Origin: a virus
Taxonomy: Duplodnaviria; Caudoviricetes
DNA: 51,003 nucleotides
IMG/VR virus record: IMGVR_UViG_3300027691_000041
Location: 1-51,003 of that record
Direction: 5' to 3' (one strand)
Shown: positions 8,201 through 17,983 of the stretch, piece by piece
Position numbering within the stretch: the first letter of the stretch is position 1
Layout: each line of letters starts with the position of its first letter
Position numbers and translations under genes: made by a program
The notes under the pieces: model-generated
Database searches by the model: none
What the model was told of the DNA's origin: nothing
Seen by the model: the letters and a program-made list of their open reading frames with translations, nothing else

Positions 8201-11200
8201 GTGTCGTCTGTTGCCCCTCGCAAAAAGCCTTCACTTGCCAACAGGACCGCATTGCCTGCTTTCAAATCTGCCGCAGAGCCATAGGCAAAGACAGAACCGG
8301 AGCCTGTGCGCCTTGCGAAACGCCGTATTGCGGCTCTTGCCAGAGCAGGAGTAACGAAGGTCTTTGAAGGAATTTCAGCAATAGCTCGTACACCGGTCAC
8401 TCCCGATACGCCTATGAGCGTTACCCACCCTTCTTTCTGGAAAGACTTGCCGATTTCAACGACGGTTTCAGGGCTTGGAACATCCCTACCGATGTATTCA
8501 TGCGGCTTGGATGCCTTAATGAGTTTATCTTCCCCGAAATCTTTAGTAATGACTTGAGATTTGGGATTGCCACGTCCGGGCATGATCGTTGCGTATTTGT
8601 TTGAATTGATGACGACATGGCCTTTCATGCCCGGAATTATTCGAGCAAGCTGTTTTGTTGTTACCACGTCTTCATTGCTTGGCGTAGGGTTGCCTGAAGG
8701 ATGATTGTGCAACATCCAGTAACCGTCAGCACCAGAGGTCCGCATCATTTCCCTGATCCAGTCTAACCCCTGTTGTTGGGTCATTCCTTTCGGGAAGATG
8801 GGAGTGTTACCGGGCAACCGTACCGTTATCCCGGAAGCGTGAACAATCTTGTTGCCTTTGGTGAAGAAGAGACGGAAAGTTTCGTATTGAGGATCGCGGT
8901 AGACTTGCGCGAGTTCGGCTAGTCTTTCCGGTGACGTGATTTTTTGACCGACGAGCGCGGCGACGCCTTCCCTTTGTAGGGTTTCAACAATTCCGTTTGC
9001 GAGGATTCGGCCTCCCCTTGGTACGGGCTTTGTATTCCCCCGCACAGCCAGGGAAGGCTTTTCTGTTTCTTTTGTTTTTTCTTTTGGGGCATGGGCCTTT
9101 ATCGCTTCGCTGATCCTGCCTAATATCTCTGACGTTTCAGCGTCGGCTTTTTTCATTGCCGCTGCGTGCGCCCTGAACCATTTTGATTCCGCTGCGGTAT
9201 CGGTACGCTTTCCGTCCAGAATCTCTTTGGCGCGAGTAATCGCGTTATTGAGACTTCGTTCCTTGCCGGTTTCCTTTGACGCCGCACGGCGCTTTATCAG
9301 CGCGTCAATGTGTTGGCGGATTGGTGGTGCGCTGGGTGTGGCCGGTTTCTCTTCAGGCGCTTTTGCAGGTGCGGGCGCGGGTTTAGGTGCGGGTTTAGGT
9401 GCAGCCTTCGGCTCTTCCTTCTTTACTTCGCTATTTTCTTTGCGGCTTTCTGGAGCGCCTGCATTATCCTTGGGTTGCTTTGGGCTTTGCGTGCCAGGTT
9501 CACCAGTGGGTCGGCTGAAGAGGTCTTTGGTGTCCGGTTGTTTTTCGGTGATACGCTCTTTTGCATTTTTCAGTAGTTCCGGTTTGGTTGGAGTAGGCGC
9601 ACCGAAAATGTCCTCAGTGGAGGTGTCTATGCGCGAAACCGAATCGTAGTACGTACGGATAAAGTCGGCTATCTTTTTCTGAGAGCGTATATTCTCATCC
9701 AGCACGCGGAGAATGGCGCGGGTATCCTCGTTGACTTCTTCCCCGAACAGTCCGATTTGCGAGAGGTATTCATCAACATTCATCCCCTGCGCTCTGATCT
9801 TCGACAGGGTTTCTACCGCGCCTACCAGTGCTTCGCTTATATCGAGTTCTTTCGGCAAGTTTCCGGCTTTTATGTCGGCCCTGACTTTCGCTGCCGCGCC
9901 TGCCGCCCGGACCAGTGCGCCGGATATGTTTCTCAAATCGTTATCTGTCGATTCAACCAGTCTTTCCAGCGTAGGGTTTGATCCGTACGCGGAGTAGAGC
10001 ATCGCGTTTCGAATCCGGCGAACGCCCTCCTGAGAAAGCCTGCCGTCCTTGTCCACAAGGGAACCGAGTTCTGCCGCGCTGTATCCACCCAGAGAATGCC
10101 GTATGTTCTGAATATTTCCGGTTGTTAGCGCAATGTCCCCGGAATCGGTTATCTCAAGGTTTTCGAGTCCCTGCATACGTTCCGCATCGATCTTCGCCAG
10201 TTCCAGTCCGGAATACTGCAAGCCTGTCCCGGAGTTCGATGCAATGGCGAGTTTGCGAATATCGAACGGTTGCGTAATGCGCCGGACCAGTACCGGCTTT
10301 TTCATGCCTTCCAGCTTTGCCGGATCAATGCCTTTCGCTGCTGCGTCGGCTTTGAGGTTCGTCAGGTAATTGGCAGCGCTGCCCTGGTCATAAGCGCGGC
10401 TGATACCTTCAAACCGGCCATTGCCCCCGACAATCAAGCCGTCATGCGAAAGTGTTGGCGAACCTACGTCCATTACCGGAGAATCGGCCAGTCGGCGGTA
10501 ATCCGGAGAGTTGGCGATGCCTTGAACCTGAATATCGGAAGCTGCGCGGGAACGGTCACGCGGCTGATTTTTGCCTTCCTTGATGGTTGCCTTGATCGAA
10601 TCAGCGTCAACAACGTCCCATTGCGCGGGTAGCGATGTATTGTCCGGTAAAACCACCTGAAGATTTGCGGCATTCATGCTGGTTGCCGCTGGTTGTGGAG
10701 CCGCTGGCTGCACTATCGCGGTTGGAGCAGGGGTAAGTATCGAGTTCTGCTTCTTGGTCGTTTCCTTGGCCTTCTCCGCGCCGGTGGCAACTATCCTTTT
10801 TACCGTGTCTTCCGGTTTTTCGGGAGCGTTCGCAATAGCGGGATCGATGCCCTCTTTTCTACGACGTGCCAGTTCGTCGGCAGCAATCTTCTTGGCCCGT
10901 TCGCTTCCCCGGTTTGCCGTGTATTCGAGCGCGTCATTTGACATATCCCCGGCTGTTTTCCCGGCAATCATTGGCGGCAGATTCTTGGCGATGACTATAG
11001 GGTTTTTGGCGTATTCCTCGTCTCTTTGCCGTTTGAGTTCCGCTTCCCGAACCTTGTCTTCAGCCGTTAACTCGAATCCCGGTTTGTTCGCAAGGTTGAA
11101 ATCGGCCTGAGTGGATACGGGCGTTACTGGTTTCAGGTTGCCTTCAGCGTCACGGGTAAGTTCTATGCCTGCTACCGAACGCGCCTTTGGCACCGCGACG

Positions 11201-12432
11201 AATTTATCCGCTTCGGTTGGATGAGCAATTGCTTCATGCTGAATACCAGTCTTTTTAGTTTCGGCTTCCGCTGTCGCTTCCGCGTCTTCGGGGGAATCCA
11301 ACAGGCGTTGTAACCCTTTGCGGTTGAGTGCGCTGGTAGCTGCAATCTCCCCGATACTCGTTCCGAGTCCGGCGAAACCCTCTACTACCGCATCTATCGC
11401 ATTCGCCTTGCCCGTGGCCGCGAGTTCGCCCAGGTATTCCCCGGCTCCTTCTCCTATGGTTTCAAGGGCTACCGCACCGCCTGTTCTGGCAAGCCTGTTG
11501 CCCAACTTGCTTGCACCCTGCTTTGCCAATTCTTGCGCGGTCTTGACGGATTCCGCTATCTCTGGTGTTTCCATCGCCGCCCGTCGCGCTGCGGCACTGG
11601 TCACGTCTATCCCGTTATCTGCCAGTGTTTTGACGGTGGCGCGTTCGACTGCACGCCTGGTAGTGTTTGTGATGAATTTGGTTACACCAAGAGTGGCCGC
11701 ATCGATTCCGGTAATGATTCCACCCTTCACAAGCCCCTCTTGACGTACGCGGCTTTGTTCTTCAGGCGTGAATTCCTTGTCCTGTGCCGCTTCCAGCGCC
11801 TTATGTCCGGTTTCAAGCCCGATATTGGCCGCTGCAAGTCCTGCCAATCCGCCTATTGCGGCCCCGACTGGTCCACCAAAGGAACCAGCAAGTGCGCCCG
11901 CGCCCGCCGCGCCTAACGCCGCCCCTGAGTTCGGTATCTGTTCGGCAACCATGAGGCCGAAGCCACGCGGGTTATCGATTGCGGCCCCGCCCACGGCCTT
12001 GATGCCTTCCCAAAGAGAGGGATTTTCCCCGAGCGCTCGCTTGCGTTCTTCTATGTGCTGGTAGAACCTTTCCAGATCCGGGTCTTTGGGAGCGTCCGCC
12101 TGCTCCTGCGCTGCCGATACCACGCCTTGCGCGTCTCCTTGCATGGTGTCGGCAGTCGCGCCCAAGGCTCGCAGTGTGCCCTTTGCGCCTTCCCGGATCG
12201 TTCCCATAAGTCCAATGGGCTTGGGCGCTTCCGGCTGTTCTGTCGGCGCGGATTGGAATGAGCGTGTGGATTGCGCGAGTTCCTTCAGTTGCAACTCTGC
12301 ATCATCGGAAAGATCGAAAGTTCTCGGCCTTGAGCGAGAAACGGGAGCGTCAAGCCGCCGTGATCTGCGTTCCTGTCTTACCAGCTCGCCGGTAGCATCC
12401 TCATCGGGAAGTAGCGTGTCATTCAGGGGCAT
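5251..12432 (-). CDS. Large polyvalent virion ejection protein (DdrB-like ParB, JAB/RadC-like and LPD38-like domains)
   Basis: 2393 aa at the end of the late operon; NQPRDRSR...P.L..DG.IVGGNGR (ParB-like); E.F..F...HNHPSGNPTPSNED (JAB); C-terminal NLTVNFN...WYMFMNA...PMPYGYN (LPD38-like). Confidence 0.75.
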   Translation of the reverse strand: MPLNDTLLPDEDATGELVRQERRSRRLDAPVSRSRPRTFDLSDDAELQLKELAQSTRSFQSAPTEQPEAPKPIGLMGTIREGAKGTLRALGATADTMQGDAQGVVSAAQEQADAPKDPDLERFYQHIEERKRALGENPSLWEGIKAVGGAAIDNPRGFGLMVAEQIPNSGAALGAAGAGALAGSFGGPVGAAIGGLAGLAAANIGLETGHKALEAAQDKEFTPEEQSRVRQEGLVKGGIITGIDAATLGVTKFITNTTRRAVERATVKTLADNGIDVTSAAARRAAMETPEIAESVKTAQELAKQGASKLGNRLARTGGAVALETIGEGAGEYLGELAATGKANAIDAVVEGFAGLGTSIGEIAATSALNRKGLQRLLDSPEDAEATAEAETKKTGIQHEAIAHPTEADKFVAVPKARSVAGIELTRDAEGNLKPVTPVSTQADFNLANKPGFELTAEDKVREAELKRQRDEEYAKNPIVIAKNLPPMIAGKTAGDMSNDALEYTANRGSERAKKIAADELARRRKEGIDPAIANAPEKPEDTVKRIVATGAEKAKETTKKQNSILTPAPTAIVQPAAPQPAATSMNAANLQVVLPDNTSLPAQWDVVDADSIKATIKEGKNQPRDRSRAASDIQVQGIANSPDYRRLADSPVMDVGSPTLSHDGLIVGGNGRFEGISRAYDQGSAANYLTNLKADAAAKGIDPAKLEGMKKPVLVRRITQPFDIRKLAIASNSGTGLQYSGLELAKIDAERMQGLENLEITDSGDIALTTGNIQNIRHSLGGYSAAELGSLVDKDGRLSQEGVRRIRNAMLYSAYGSNPTLERLVESTDNDLRNISGALVRAAGAAAKVRADIKAGNLPKELDISEALVGAVETLSKIRAQGMNVDEYLSQIGLFGEEVNEDTRAILRVLDENIRSQKKIADFIRTYYDSVSRIDTSTEDIFGAPTPTKPELLKNAKERITEKQPDTKDLFSRPTGEPGTQSPKQPKDNAGAPESRKENSEVKKEEPKAAPKPAPKPAPAPAKAPEEKPATPSAPPIRQHIDALIKRRAASKETGKERSLNNAITRAKEILDGKRTDTAAESKWFRAHAAAMKKADAETSEILGRISEAIKAHAPKEKTKETEKPSLAVRGNTKPVPRGGRILANGIVETLQREGVAALVGQKITSPERLAELAQVYRDPQYETFRLFFTKGNKIVHASGITVRLPGNTPIFPKGMTQQQGLDWIREMMRTSGADGYWMLHNHPSGNPTPSNEDVVTTKQLARIIPGMKGHVVINSNKYATIMPGRGNPKSQVITKDFGEDKLIKASKPHEYIGRDVPSPETVVEIGKSFQKEGWVTLIGVSGVTGVRAIAEIPSKTFVTPALARAAIRRFARRTGSGSVFAYGSAADLKAGNAVLLASEGFLRGATDDTGTDYVAKNRRGQRFGQEPGDGGVELNQDSAPFFSKDRFEKITDSLIFNFQDRFKPLKDIQKRAGPVTEDEDAALAEERYSGTVRARMDTFEEQMRDPLLKAIHDSGVSYEDVEEYLHALHAPSRNAAMHEINPTESELKTQTAALEKQRDFLAKDKDVERFLKERRDLRQAEADIEDGIADESLARMIKQELAQLRKLPNVKDYVDALDKLKALRLVKPFQGDNTALSGMSDKEAKSILDKATKNGTAKALERVSSIVDAITSRTRQIYVEGGLEKADAIDAWNRKYEHYVPLHRGEVDGNAMPKVGQGFNIRGKESKRATGSNKDVTNILAHVVAQHEAAIIRSEKAKVDRALFQFASTHPDPSLWTLDNAPMLRTVDPVSGFVVERVDPTYKNRPEVLTLKIDGEEHTISFTESNLEAMRLAASMKNMASQQLGEVTQMVGRFTRVLATMNTTANPVFVARNFLRDLQTAFVNLSDTEIAGKKREVFRDVPAAIKGMWALSRGKHKSQWAKYAEEFKAAGGQTGWMEHYNTIGARAESLKKELEVMKPGKVNFARRTLKSWWDIVQDANNAVENGARLSAYVAARRSGLSEGKAAQLAKNLTVNFNTRGAKSVELNAWYMFMNASIQGTARLVKALSNKQVRKIVAGVVLSGFLMDVVARAMAGDDDEDGENDYDQLPEHTKAMNFVFMVGGQPVTIPMPYGYNFFASTGRKLSEMIFRENYSPVKSAVDLASVFLDAFSPTGQAGSGLQYVAPTVADPFIQWAENKNFAGNPLRRQQNPFGVPNPEYQMGFKSTSAPAKWLAERLNNVTGGNEVRPGFINVNPAFFDFAVSSVAGGAGRTYMQTVSGPIKAAGDVQLQAREIPFLNIFVGARPEFQTERKYYEAVKAVELAADELKTYRQKGDTEMVRRIREAHAGELRLATAAKETKRILSQLRKRDIALDKGDVPNKAQLRKEIEEKKRAAMARFNKRYREETAAES

Positions 12433-12441
12433 TCCGGTTCC

Positions 12442-13959
12442 TTACTTCAGGGAGTCGCGTCGAACAGCGATTTCTTGCGCTTTCAGTGCAAGGGATTTCT
12501 TTTGGTTCACATCAAGGTTTGGTGTTTGCAAAGCTTTCTGGATTGCATCCATTTCTCCTTTGAGCGCTTGCCGTTCTTTTTCCCTTTCTTTGAGCGCTGC
12601 CAGTGATCCAGGCTTGGGACCGGCAGGCTGTGCCGCTTTCGCAAGTCCTTGCGCCGGTGCTGCGGCACTCGCATTCCCCGTGGGTTGTTCAGCGCTTTTT
12701 GCCTTGCGCTTGCCGCCAAAACGCGGCAGGAATTCCTTGTTCTGCCATGCCTCTATCTGTGCAGGCGTGCCGTTTACCGGATAGCTAACCATCGCATCCG
12801 TGAACTTGTGATGCTGCCTCGAATCCAGTTCTTCCCCGAGCTGGTCTTCAAGGAAGGTTAGATACTGATTGGCAGCGCTATCGAGTACTTGACGTTTTTG
12901 CGGGTCTACCTCGAATTTTCCCTCATCGTTCTTTACTGAACTCACGCGGTCAAAGCTGGTATCCCGGCGCTTGATTGCGGTATTGATTTGTGCTTCGGAT
13001 GAACGGCTTGGCTTTAATCCGCCCGGTTCGTATCTGTCCGCTTTTTCTGCGTTGGCTTCCGCAAGTGTGCTGCGGCTTTTCAGGTAGCCAATTTCAGCAT
13101 CCGTCTTGCGCCGGTCAAGCGATAGTTTTTCTTCGCCAAGCCGTCGTCCATGTTCAAACTTGCGCTCGTCAAGATTCGCTTCCCGTTCTTCCTTTTGCCG
13201 CCGGTCCTCTGCCTTAAAGAATTCCTCCGGGTCCATCGTGGATCGGAGCCAGTCGCGGACATTGACGGTCTGTTCGCCCTGCCCCTTGATGCTGATCTTC
13301 CAGTTCATATCGTTTGGGTCGTCGGCCTTGACCTTGACGGGCAACCCATCCAGTTCGATCCCGCCGCCCTTGAGAGCTTCTGCCGCCGCCCCCGGATTGT
13401 TCTGCATGAATGCCATAGCCGCACGAACCCCGCCCCGCTTCTCGGTTTCATAAGCCTGGTTCATGTACTTTATGCCCTCATCCTGCAAGCCATGCTTTGC
13501 CCAAATATTGGCAATGTCGGTCAGATGCTTTGGGGTGTACATTCCTGTCACCATGCCTTTTTCTAACACTTTGGCAGGCGGTAATTCCGGCTGTTGTGGT
13601 TGCGGTTGTGTCGCTGCGGCTAGAGTGCCAGGCACACCGCTTGCCTGTTCCGCTGGCAGACTCGCGGCGAGTCCAGCTTGCGGCATTGATGTTTGCATAG
13701 GTGCTGCCGCCGCTTGCGCGGGCGCTGGTGCTGCGCCTTCCCCGGTAGCTTGGTTGTGATATGCCGCTATCTCACGCAAAGCATTATTCCGCCGATCCCT
13801 CATTTCCTTTTCGGAAGCGTACTGATCCTTGCGGAGTTCGTGTATTTCAGCATCCCGCTCATCTGCCTTGGCAAGTCGCTCCGATTGTGTAGCTTGTAAA
13901 CCAAGCTGCATCCCGTTTGTAATGCCTTGGGCTAAACCGCCCGCGAATCCACCAGACAT
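12442..13959 (-). CDS. Putative DNA ejection (internal virion) protein
   Basis: MSGGFAGGLAQG start, A/Q-rich helical composition, position in the podoviral ejection cluster. Confidence 0.6.
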   Translation of the reverse strand: MSGGFAGGLAQGITNGMQLGLQATQSERLAKADERDAEIHELRKDQYASEKEMRDRRNNALREIAAYHNQATGEGAAPAPAQAAAAPMQTSMPQAGLAASLPAEQASGVPGTLAAATQPQPQQPELPPAKVLEKGMVTGMYTPKHLTDIANIWAKHGLQDEGIKYMNQAYETEKRGGVRAAMAFMQNNPGAAAEALKGGGIELDGLPVKVKADDPNDMNWKISIKGQGEQTVNVRDWLRSTMDPEEFFKAEDRRQKEEREANLDERKFEHGRRLGEEKLSLDRRKTDAEIGYLKSRSTLAEANAEKADRYEPGGLKPSRSSEAQINTAIKRRDTSFDRVSSVKNDEGKFEVDPQKRQVLDSAANQYLTFLEDQLGEELDSRQHHKFTDAMVSYPVNGTPAQIEAWQNKEFLPRFGGKRKAKSAEQPTGNASAAAPAQGLAKAAQPAGPKPGSLAALKEREKERQALKGEMDAIQKALQTPNLDVNQKKSLALKAQEIAVRRDSLK

Positions 13960-14637
13960 TTATTCATCCCCCCTTAGTGCGTCGGCCAAAGCCTGAGTTA
14001 ATTGATCGCGCCTTTGCGCGTACTTCCGATACAACTCCGGGTGAGTGGAGAGGGTATATCGCCACCGATCTTGGGAATCGCTCTTAAAAGCCGTGCAGTC
14101 GTAGCAATCCAGAGAGGAATGCTTAATTGCGTAATGTTTGGGTATCTCCATTACGGAAGCGAGATAATCAAACACCTGCTGGCTCGTCCAATTCTCTATC
14201 GGGTGCAGTCTAGTCATTCCCTCTATCTTGTCACCATTCCGCGCCGTCGATTTATGGCTGTCTTCATTGCGCTGCCCGTACACTATCTCCGTCGCGCCAA
14301 TTCCCTTGGCCTCAGTTAATAACGGGTATGCGATATTCTCGAAACAGCATGAAATATAACTCTGGATCATTACCGGTTTTGCCGACGTGTGCGACTGTCC
14401 AAGGCGGGTCCAGTCGATGGGCACAATGTCGGCAGGTATTCCCTCACGCTGGTTCTGTTCTGCCTGATTTGTGTGTACGGTAATAACCGGAACGATCCCT
14501 TCTGCGTAGCGCACCATCTCGAGGGTTTCCGGGTACGCCTTTCCGGTATCGACGTAGATTGCACAGTCGAGGCTATGCCTGCAAAGATGCAGGCAAGCCA
14601 TAGAATCCTTGCCGCCTGAGAATGCAAGGACTCTCAT
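13960..14637 (-). CDS. PAPS reductase-family (PP-loop) protein
   Basis: AFSGGKDS, DTG, GQRNEDS, HPIENW and SLDCYDCT motifs. Confidence 0.85.
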   Translation of the reverse strand: MRVLAFSGGKDSMACLHLCRHSLDCAIYVDTGKAYPETLEMVRYAEGIVPVITVHTNQAEQNQREGIPADIVPIDWTRLGQSHTSAKPVMIQSYISCCFENIAYPLLTEAKGIGATEIVYGQRNEDSHKSTARNGDKIEGMTRLHPIENWTSQQVFDYLASVMEIPKHYAIKHSSLDCYDCTAFKSDSQDRWRYTLSTHPELYRKYAQRRDQLTQALADALRGDE

Positions 14638-15446
14638 TAATAGACTGCCCCGGCCATTCCCAGCGTGCCAACAAGACTACCTATCCCCCCCATTGCTTCC
14701 TGCTGCATCTGCGCACCCTGTAACGCGCCTTGATACAGTCCAAGGCCGAGATTTCCTGCTGAACTGTTGGAGTTGGCGGCTCCACCGAACCATTGCATCG
14801 CCGCCGCGTTGTTCGCATTGCGTATCTGTGAATTGTTGGCGAGATTGCCCACGGCGTTATTTCCCGCATTAAGCGCCATACTGTCTGCTGCAATCCCGGT
14901 ATTCGGCATGTTGCGCCCGAATTGTGCTGCCCCGGTTCTTAATGCGATGCCTTGTAGTTCGGTATCTCGTCTGGCCTTGTTCATGGCACCGGCTGTGTCC
15001 GTAGCCTGAGCAATTGCGTTTTCGTTGGACATGGCGGCAAAGCGCCCGGAATTCGGATTAACGCCCATTGCCCCGAGCGCCCGCGCATTCTGTTCCTGTG
15101 CCGCGCCGTAGCTGCGAGTTACATCCGCCGCCGCTTCCGCCGCCATGCGCTCCTTTCGTTCGGGAGAATCGAAGCTCATGGCTTCGCCTACCATGCGCTC
15201 TTCAACCGGCTTGAAAAGGTTCTGGTAGATGCTCCACTGATCCGCCGCGCGTGCTTCGTTTGCATCGCCGCTTCGTATCTGTTGGTTGACGATGCCACGA
15301 ACCAGTGGATCTTCAACCGCCGCCCTTTCTCTCTCCCATGCTAATTGCTGTTTTGCGACGTCGAGCTGTTGCTGTGCAATGTCTGCGTTTTGCTTCGCGG
15401 CTTGCCCTATAAGAGGATCAGGCTTCGGAATCTTAGGTTTACACAT
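14637..15446 (-). CDS. Putative small ejection/pilot protein
   Basis: MC..K.PKPDP start, A/N/G-rich, GVNPNSG motif, hydrophobic Gly-rich C-terminus. Confidence 0.65.
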   Translation of the reverse strand: MCKPKIPKPDPLIGQAAKQNADIAQQQLDVAKQQLAWERERAAVEDPLVRGIVNQQIRSGDANEARAADQWSIYQNLFKPVEERMVGEAMSFDSPERKERMAAEAAADVTRSYGAAQEQNARALGAMGVNPNSGRFAAMSNENAIAQATDTAGAMNKARRDTELQGIALRTGAAQFGRNMPNTGIAADSMALNAGNNAVGNLANNSQIRNANNAAAMQWFGGAANSNSSAGNLGLGLYQGALQGAQMQQEAMGGIGSLVGTLGMAGAVY

Positions 15447-16050
15447 TCTGGTTCTCCAATATCTTCGTTAATCCGTTCTCAACATGGCGATAGCCGAGCC
15501 TTTGAAAAAACAGTCCGGCCCGGTTTACAGTTTTTACCGTTACGGTTATTTCCTTGACTCCCAGGTGTTTCAGGGCAGACTCGCAATAGGCAATAAAATG
15601 CTTTGCCACATTCCCCTTTCGGGCTTCCGGTAGCAAATAGAGCGTGTCTTCCGTGGCAATAAGCGTTTGTGTGTGTGTGCTTCTATCCAGATACATTGCA
15701 CAGTTGCCAACGAGCTTTCCTTCATGCCTTATCGTGAAAAGGATGTAGCGCCCCGCCCGTTCGTAGCGAATAAAAGTCGTGTAGTCCGGATTGAGCGTGA
15801 GGCCGTGGCGATGCGCTTCTGTTTCATCCCAATGCGCTTTGTGCAATGCCCGCATTTCGCCCTCGGTAGCGTCCATTTTCTCCACCGAGAAAATAAAGCC
15901 TTCATGTTCAAGGGGAGCAATTTGCTCTATATGCTCTCCCGAGATAAGCGGTTCGAGCATTGATGCTGCCCTGATAATATCCAATGCCAAAGAGGGTGTT
16001 ATTTCGCGCCCCATGCTGGCGTCCAAAATGGAAAACAGAACTCTGTTCAT
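15439..16050 (-). CDS. GNAT-family acetyltransferase-like virion assembly protein
   Basis: EDTLYLLPEARKG.VA...F..LGY pattern; usual podoviral position before ejection genes. Confidence 0.75.
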   Translation of the reverse strand: MNRVLFSILDASMGREITPSLALDIIRAASMLEPLISGEHIEQIAPLEHEGFIFSVEKMDATEGEMRALHKAHWDETEAHRHGLTLNPDYTTFIRYERAGRYILFTIRHEGKLVGNCAMYLDRSTHTQTLIATEDTLYLLPEARKGNVAKHFIAYCESALKHLGVKEITVTVKTVNRAGLFFQRLGYRHVENGLTKILENQNV

Positions 16051-17490
16051 TCAACTGTCCAGCCTGTTTATAAGTTGTTCGAGTGAGCTGCGCACAGTAT
16101 TTGTGTAGTTAAGCAAGGCTTCGCACTCAGCCTGCGTGGGCGTGGATGAAAACGTGAGAGTTTGCTGCTCTGGCACTTCTATCCGGTTTCCCCTGCGCCC
16201 TAAAACAATCTCGATGGTCGTCTTGAGCCATGCCGGGGTGTCGTTCGGAATCCCAGGCTTTTTGAGTCCAGTGGTATCCCCGGTAACTGTGGCAAGGGCA
16301 GTCTCAAATATGATCCCGTCGCTCAATGCCCCTGTGCTGGCATTGTTCGCCTGCACCGCGTTTTCTGCTGTTAGTGTTTGCGTTCGCGTTACTGCCCCGG
16401 TCCCGGCAATATTTCCTTGCGTAACTGGATCGACGGCAAGATCATTCGTGTCAACAATGACAATCTCGCCATCGCTTGCGATGTTTCCTTGCGATGCGTT
16501 CTCAAGGGCGAGAATGTGTTCCTGAACAATCGCACTCGCAGCCGCTATGTTGTCCTGGATACTGGCCGCAAAGACAAGCACATGATCCTGCGTGATTGCT
16601 GCGCTTGCGCCAGTGTTTTCCTGAGCAGGACTTGATACGGACAGATCATGAGCAACGCCTACGGAAATCTCAACGTCACTTGCCGTGTTGGTTTGTACGT
16701 TGGCGTCACCAGTAAGCGCGTGATCTTGAGTTACTGCGACCGCCGTCCCGGTATTAGCCTGAGTAGCATTGGCTATGATGAGGTTATGTTCGGAAACGGT
16801 TGCCGTAACCAGCTTACGTGCTACCCTGCGGTGCGCGTAAATAATCGGCGGGTGAGGCTGCGCGGCTGTACCTGTTACCGTCGCTGGGGCACCCCATTTG
16901 TCAATCGCGCCCGAGCGTATGAACGGGAAATAGTGCTGCAATGCTTCCGGCCTGATCTGATTTGGCGAGATACCTTTTTGCAGAGCGTAGAATTCATCAT
17001 CTGTCAGAATGACGTTCCACCAGGCTATTTCGGCTTCGTCTCCGTCCCAACCCCTGATCCCGTCCGATACCCTATTCCCTATACACCACGCGGCAGATGC
17101 AGTGGGCCACGTCATGGCTGCGCCGTCTCGCGTTACTCCGCTACCTATCGTGAGCTTAGTGCCGGATTGATAGACAGTCGGAGTATTCGCGGAAGATGTC
17201 GTGTCAACGGAAAAGCCGGTGGGTGCCCATACCCCCGCTGCTGGCCGCGCCCAGCGGTATCTTGTATCCGCCGCAGCATTCAACCCGAGCGCGTAAGTCC
17301 CGGCTGTATTAGGATTGTTGTTGAAGAACAGGAATGATCCCCTGTCGAAAATACGCCCTAAGCTGCCGCCGCCCTCGCCGTTTCGATTAGCCCAGATGTG
17401 AAAGCTAAATTGCGCGGGAATCGTCTCAGATGCCGTTACAACTCTGTCGGCACTATTAACACCCCGAGTCGAGCCAAAGCCAAGTGCCAC
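16051..17490 (-). CDS. Tail appendage protein (LamG-like domain plus ~22-aa repeats)
   Basis: IGNR...WDG..AEIAWWN..LT.DE LamG-like motif; repeated H.L....A.Q.N.A units; C-terminal WLKT..EI.LGRRGN. Confidence 0.55.
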   Translation of the reverse strand: MALGFGSTRGVNSADRVVTASETIPAQFSFHIWANRNGEGGGSLGRIFDRGSFLFFNNNPNTAGTYALGLNAAADTRYRWARPAAGVWAPTGFSVDTTSSANTPTVYQSGTKLTIGSGVTRDGAAMTWPTASAAWCIGNRVSDGIRGWDGDEAEIAWWNVILTDDEFYALQKGISPNQIRPEALQHYFPFIRSGAIDKWGAPATVTGTAAQPHPPIIYAHRRVARKLVTATVSEHNLIIANATQANTGTAVAVTQDHALTGDANVQTNTASDVEISVGVAHDLSVSSPAQENTGASAAITQDHVLVFAASIQDNIAAASAIVQEHILALENASQGNIASDGEIVIVDTNDLAVDPVTQGNIAGTGAVTRTQTLTAENAVQANNASTGALSDGIIFETALATVTGDTTGLKKPGIPNDTPAWLKTTIEIVLGRRGNRIEVPEQQTLTFSSTPTQAECEALLNYTNTVRSSLEQLINRLDS

Positions 17491-17493
17491 TTA

Positions 17494-17982
17494 TCAGGTT
17501 TCCTTCAACTCAACTGAAATCAATTCCGCATCGCTCGCTGCCGTATCGAGCGCGACATTGCGCTTGATTCGGAGGCGGAAAGTGTCACCCGCCGCGATAC
17601 TGTCCATATTCGCGCCGTTGCTTATTGCGACATTAAGGATCAAGGGAAGTCCACTTGTAGCGGGCACGGTTGCGGCAGTCACCGTCTGGTCGGCAGCAAA
17701 CGAATCCGTATCAAGATTGGTCCCCGCGTCCATGCGCTCGAACGCAACCAGCCAACCGAGCGTCCCGGTTGTAGCACTGGTCAGCGCTGCGTGGATGTAA
17801 ACAGTTATCCCGCCACCGGCATAATTGCGGGGAAGCAGGCAGGTAAAGATTGCTATTTCTTCCGTTGTGGTGTCGAAGTCCAGAACGGGGTGTCCATTCC
17901 TAGAATCCACTGTTGCATAGCCGCTGGCAGGTGGCTCGTTGTCCGAAGGGAAAAGTGAGAGTAATGTATCTCCGCTTGCCAT
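17494..17982 (-). CDS. Virion structural protein (beta-rich)
   Basis: T/A-rich beta composition within the tail gene cluster. Confidence 0.5.
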   Translation of the reverse strand: MASGDTLLSLFPSDNEPPASGYATVDSRNGHPVLDFDTTTEEIAIFTCLLPRNYAGGGITVYIHAALTSATTGTLGWLVAFERMDAGTNLDTDSFAADQTVTAATVPATSGLPLILNVAISNGANMDSIAAGDTFRLRIKRNVALDTAASDAELISVELKET

Positions 17983-17983
17983 C

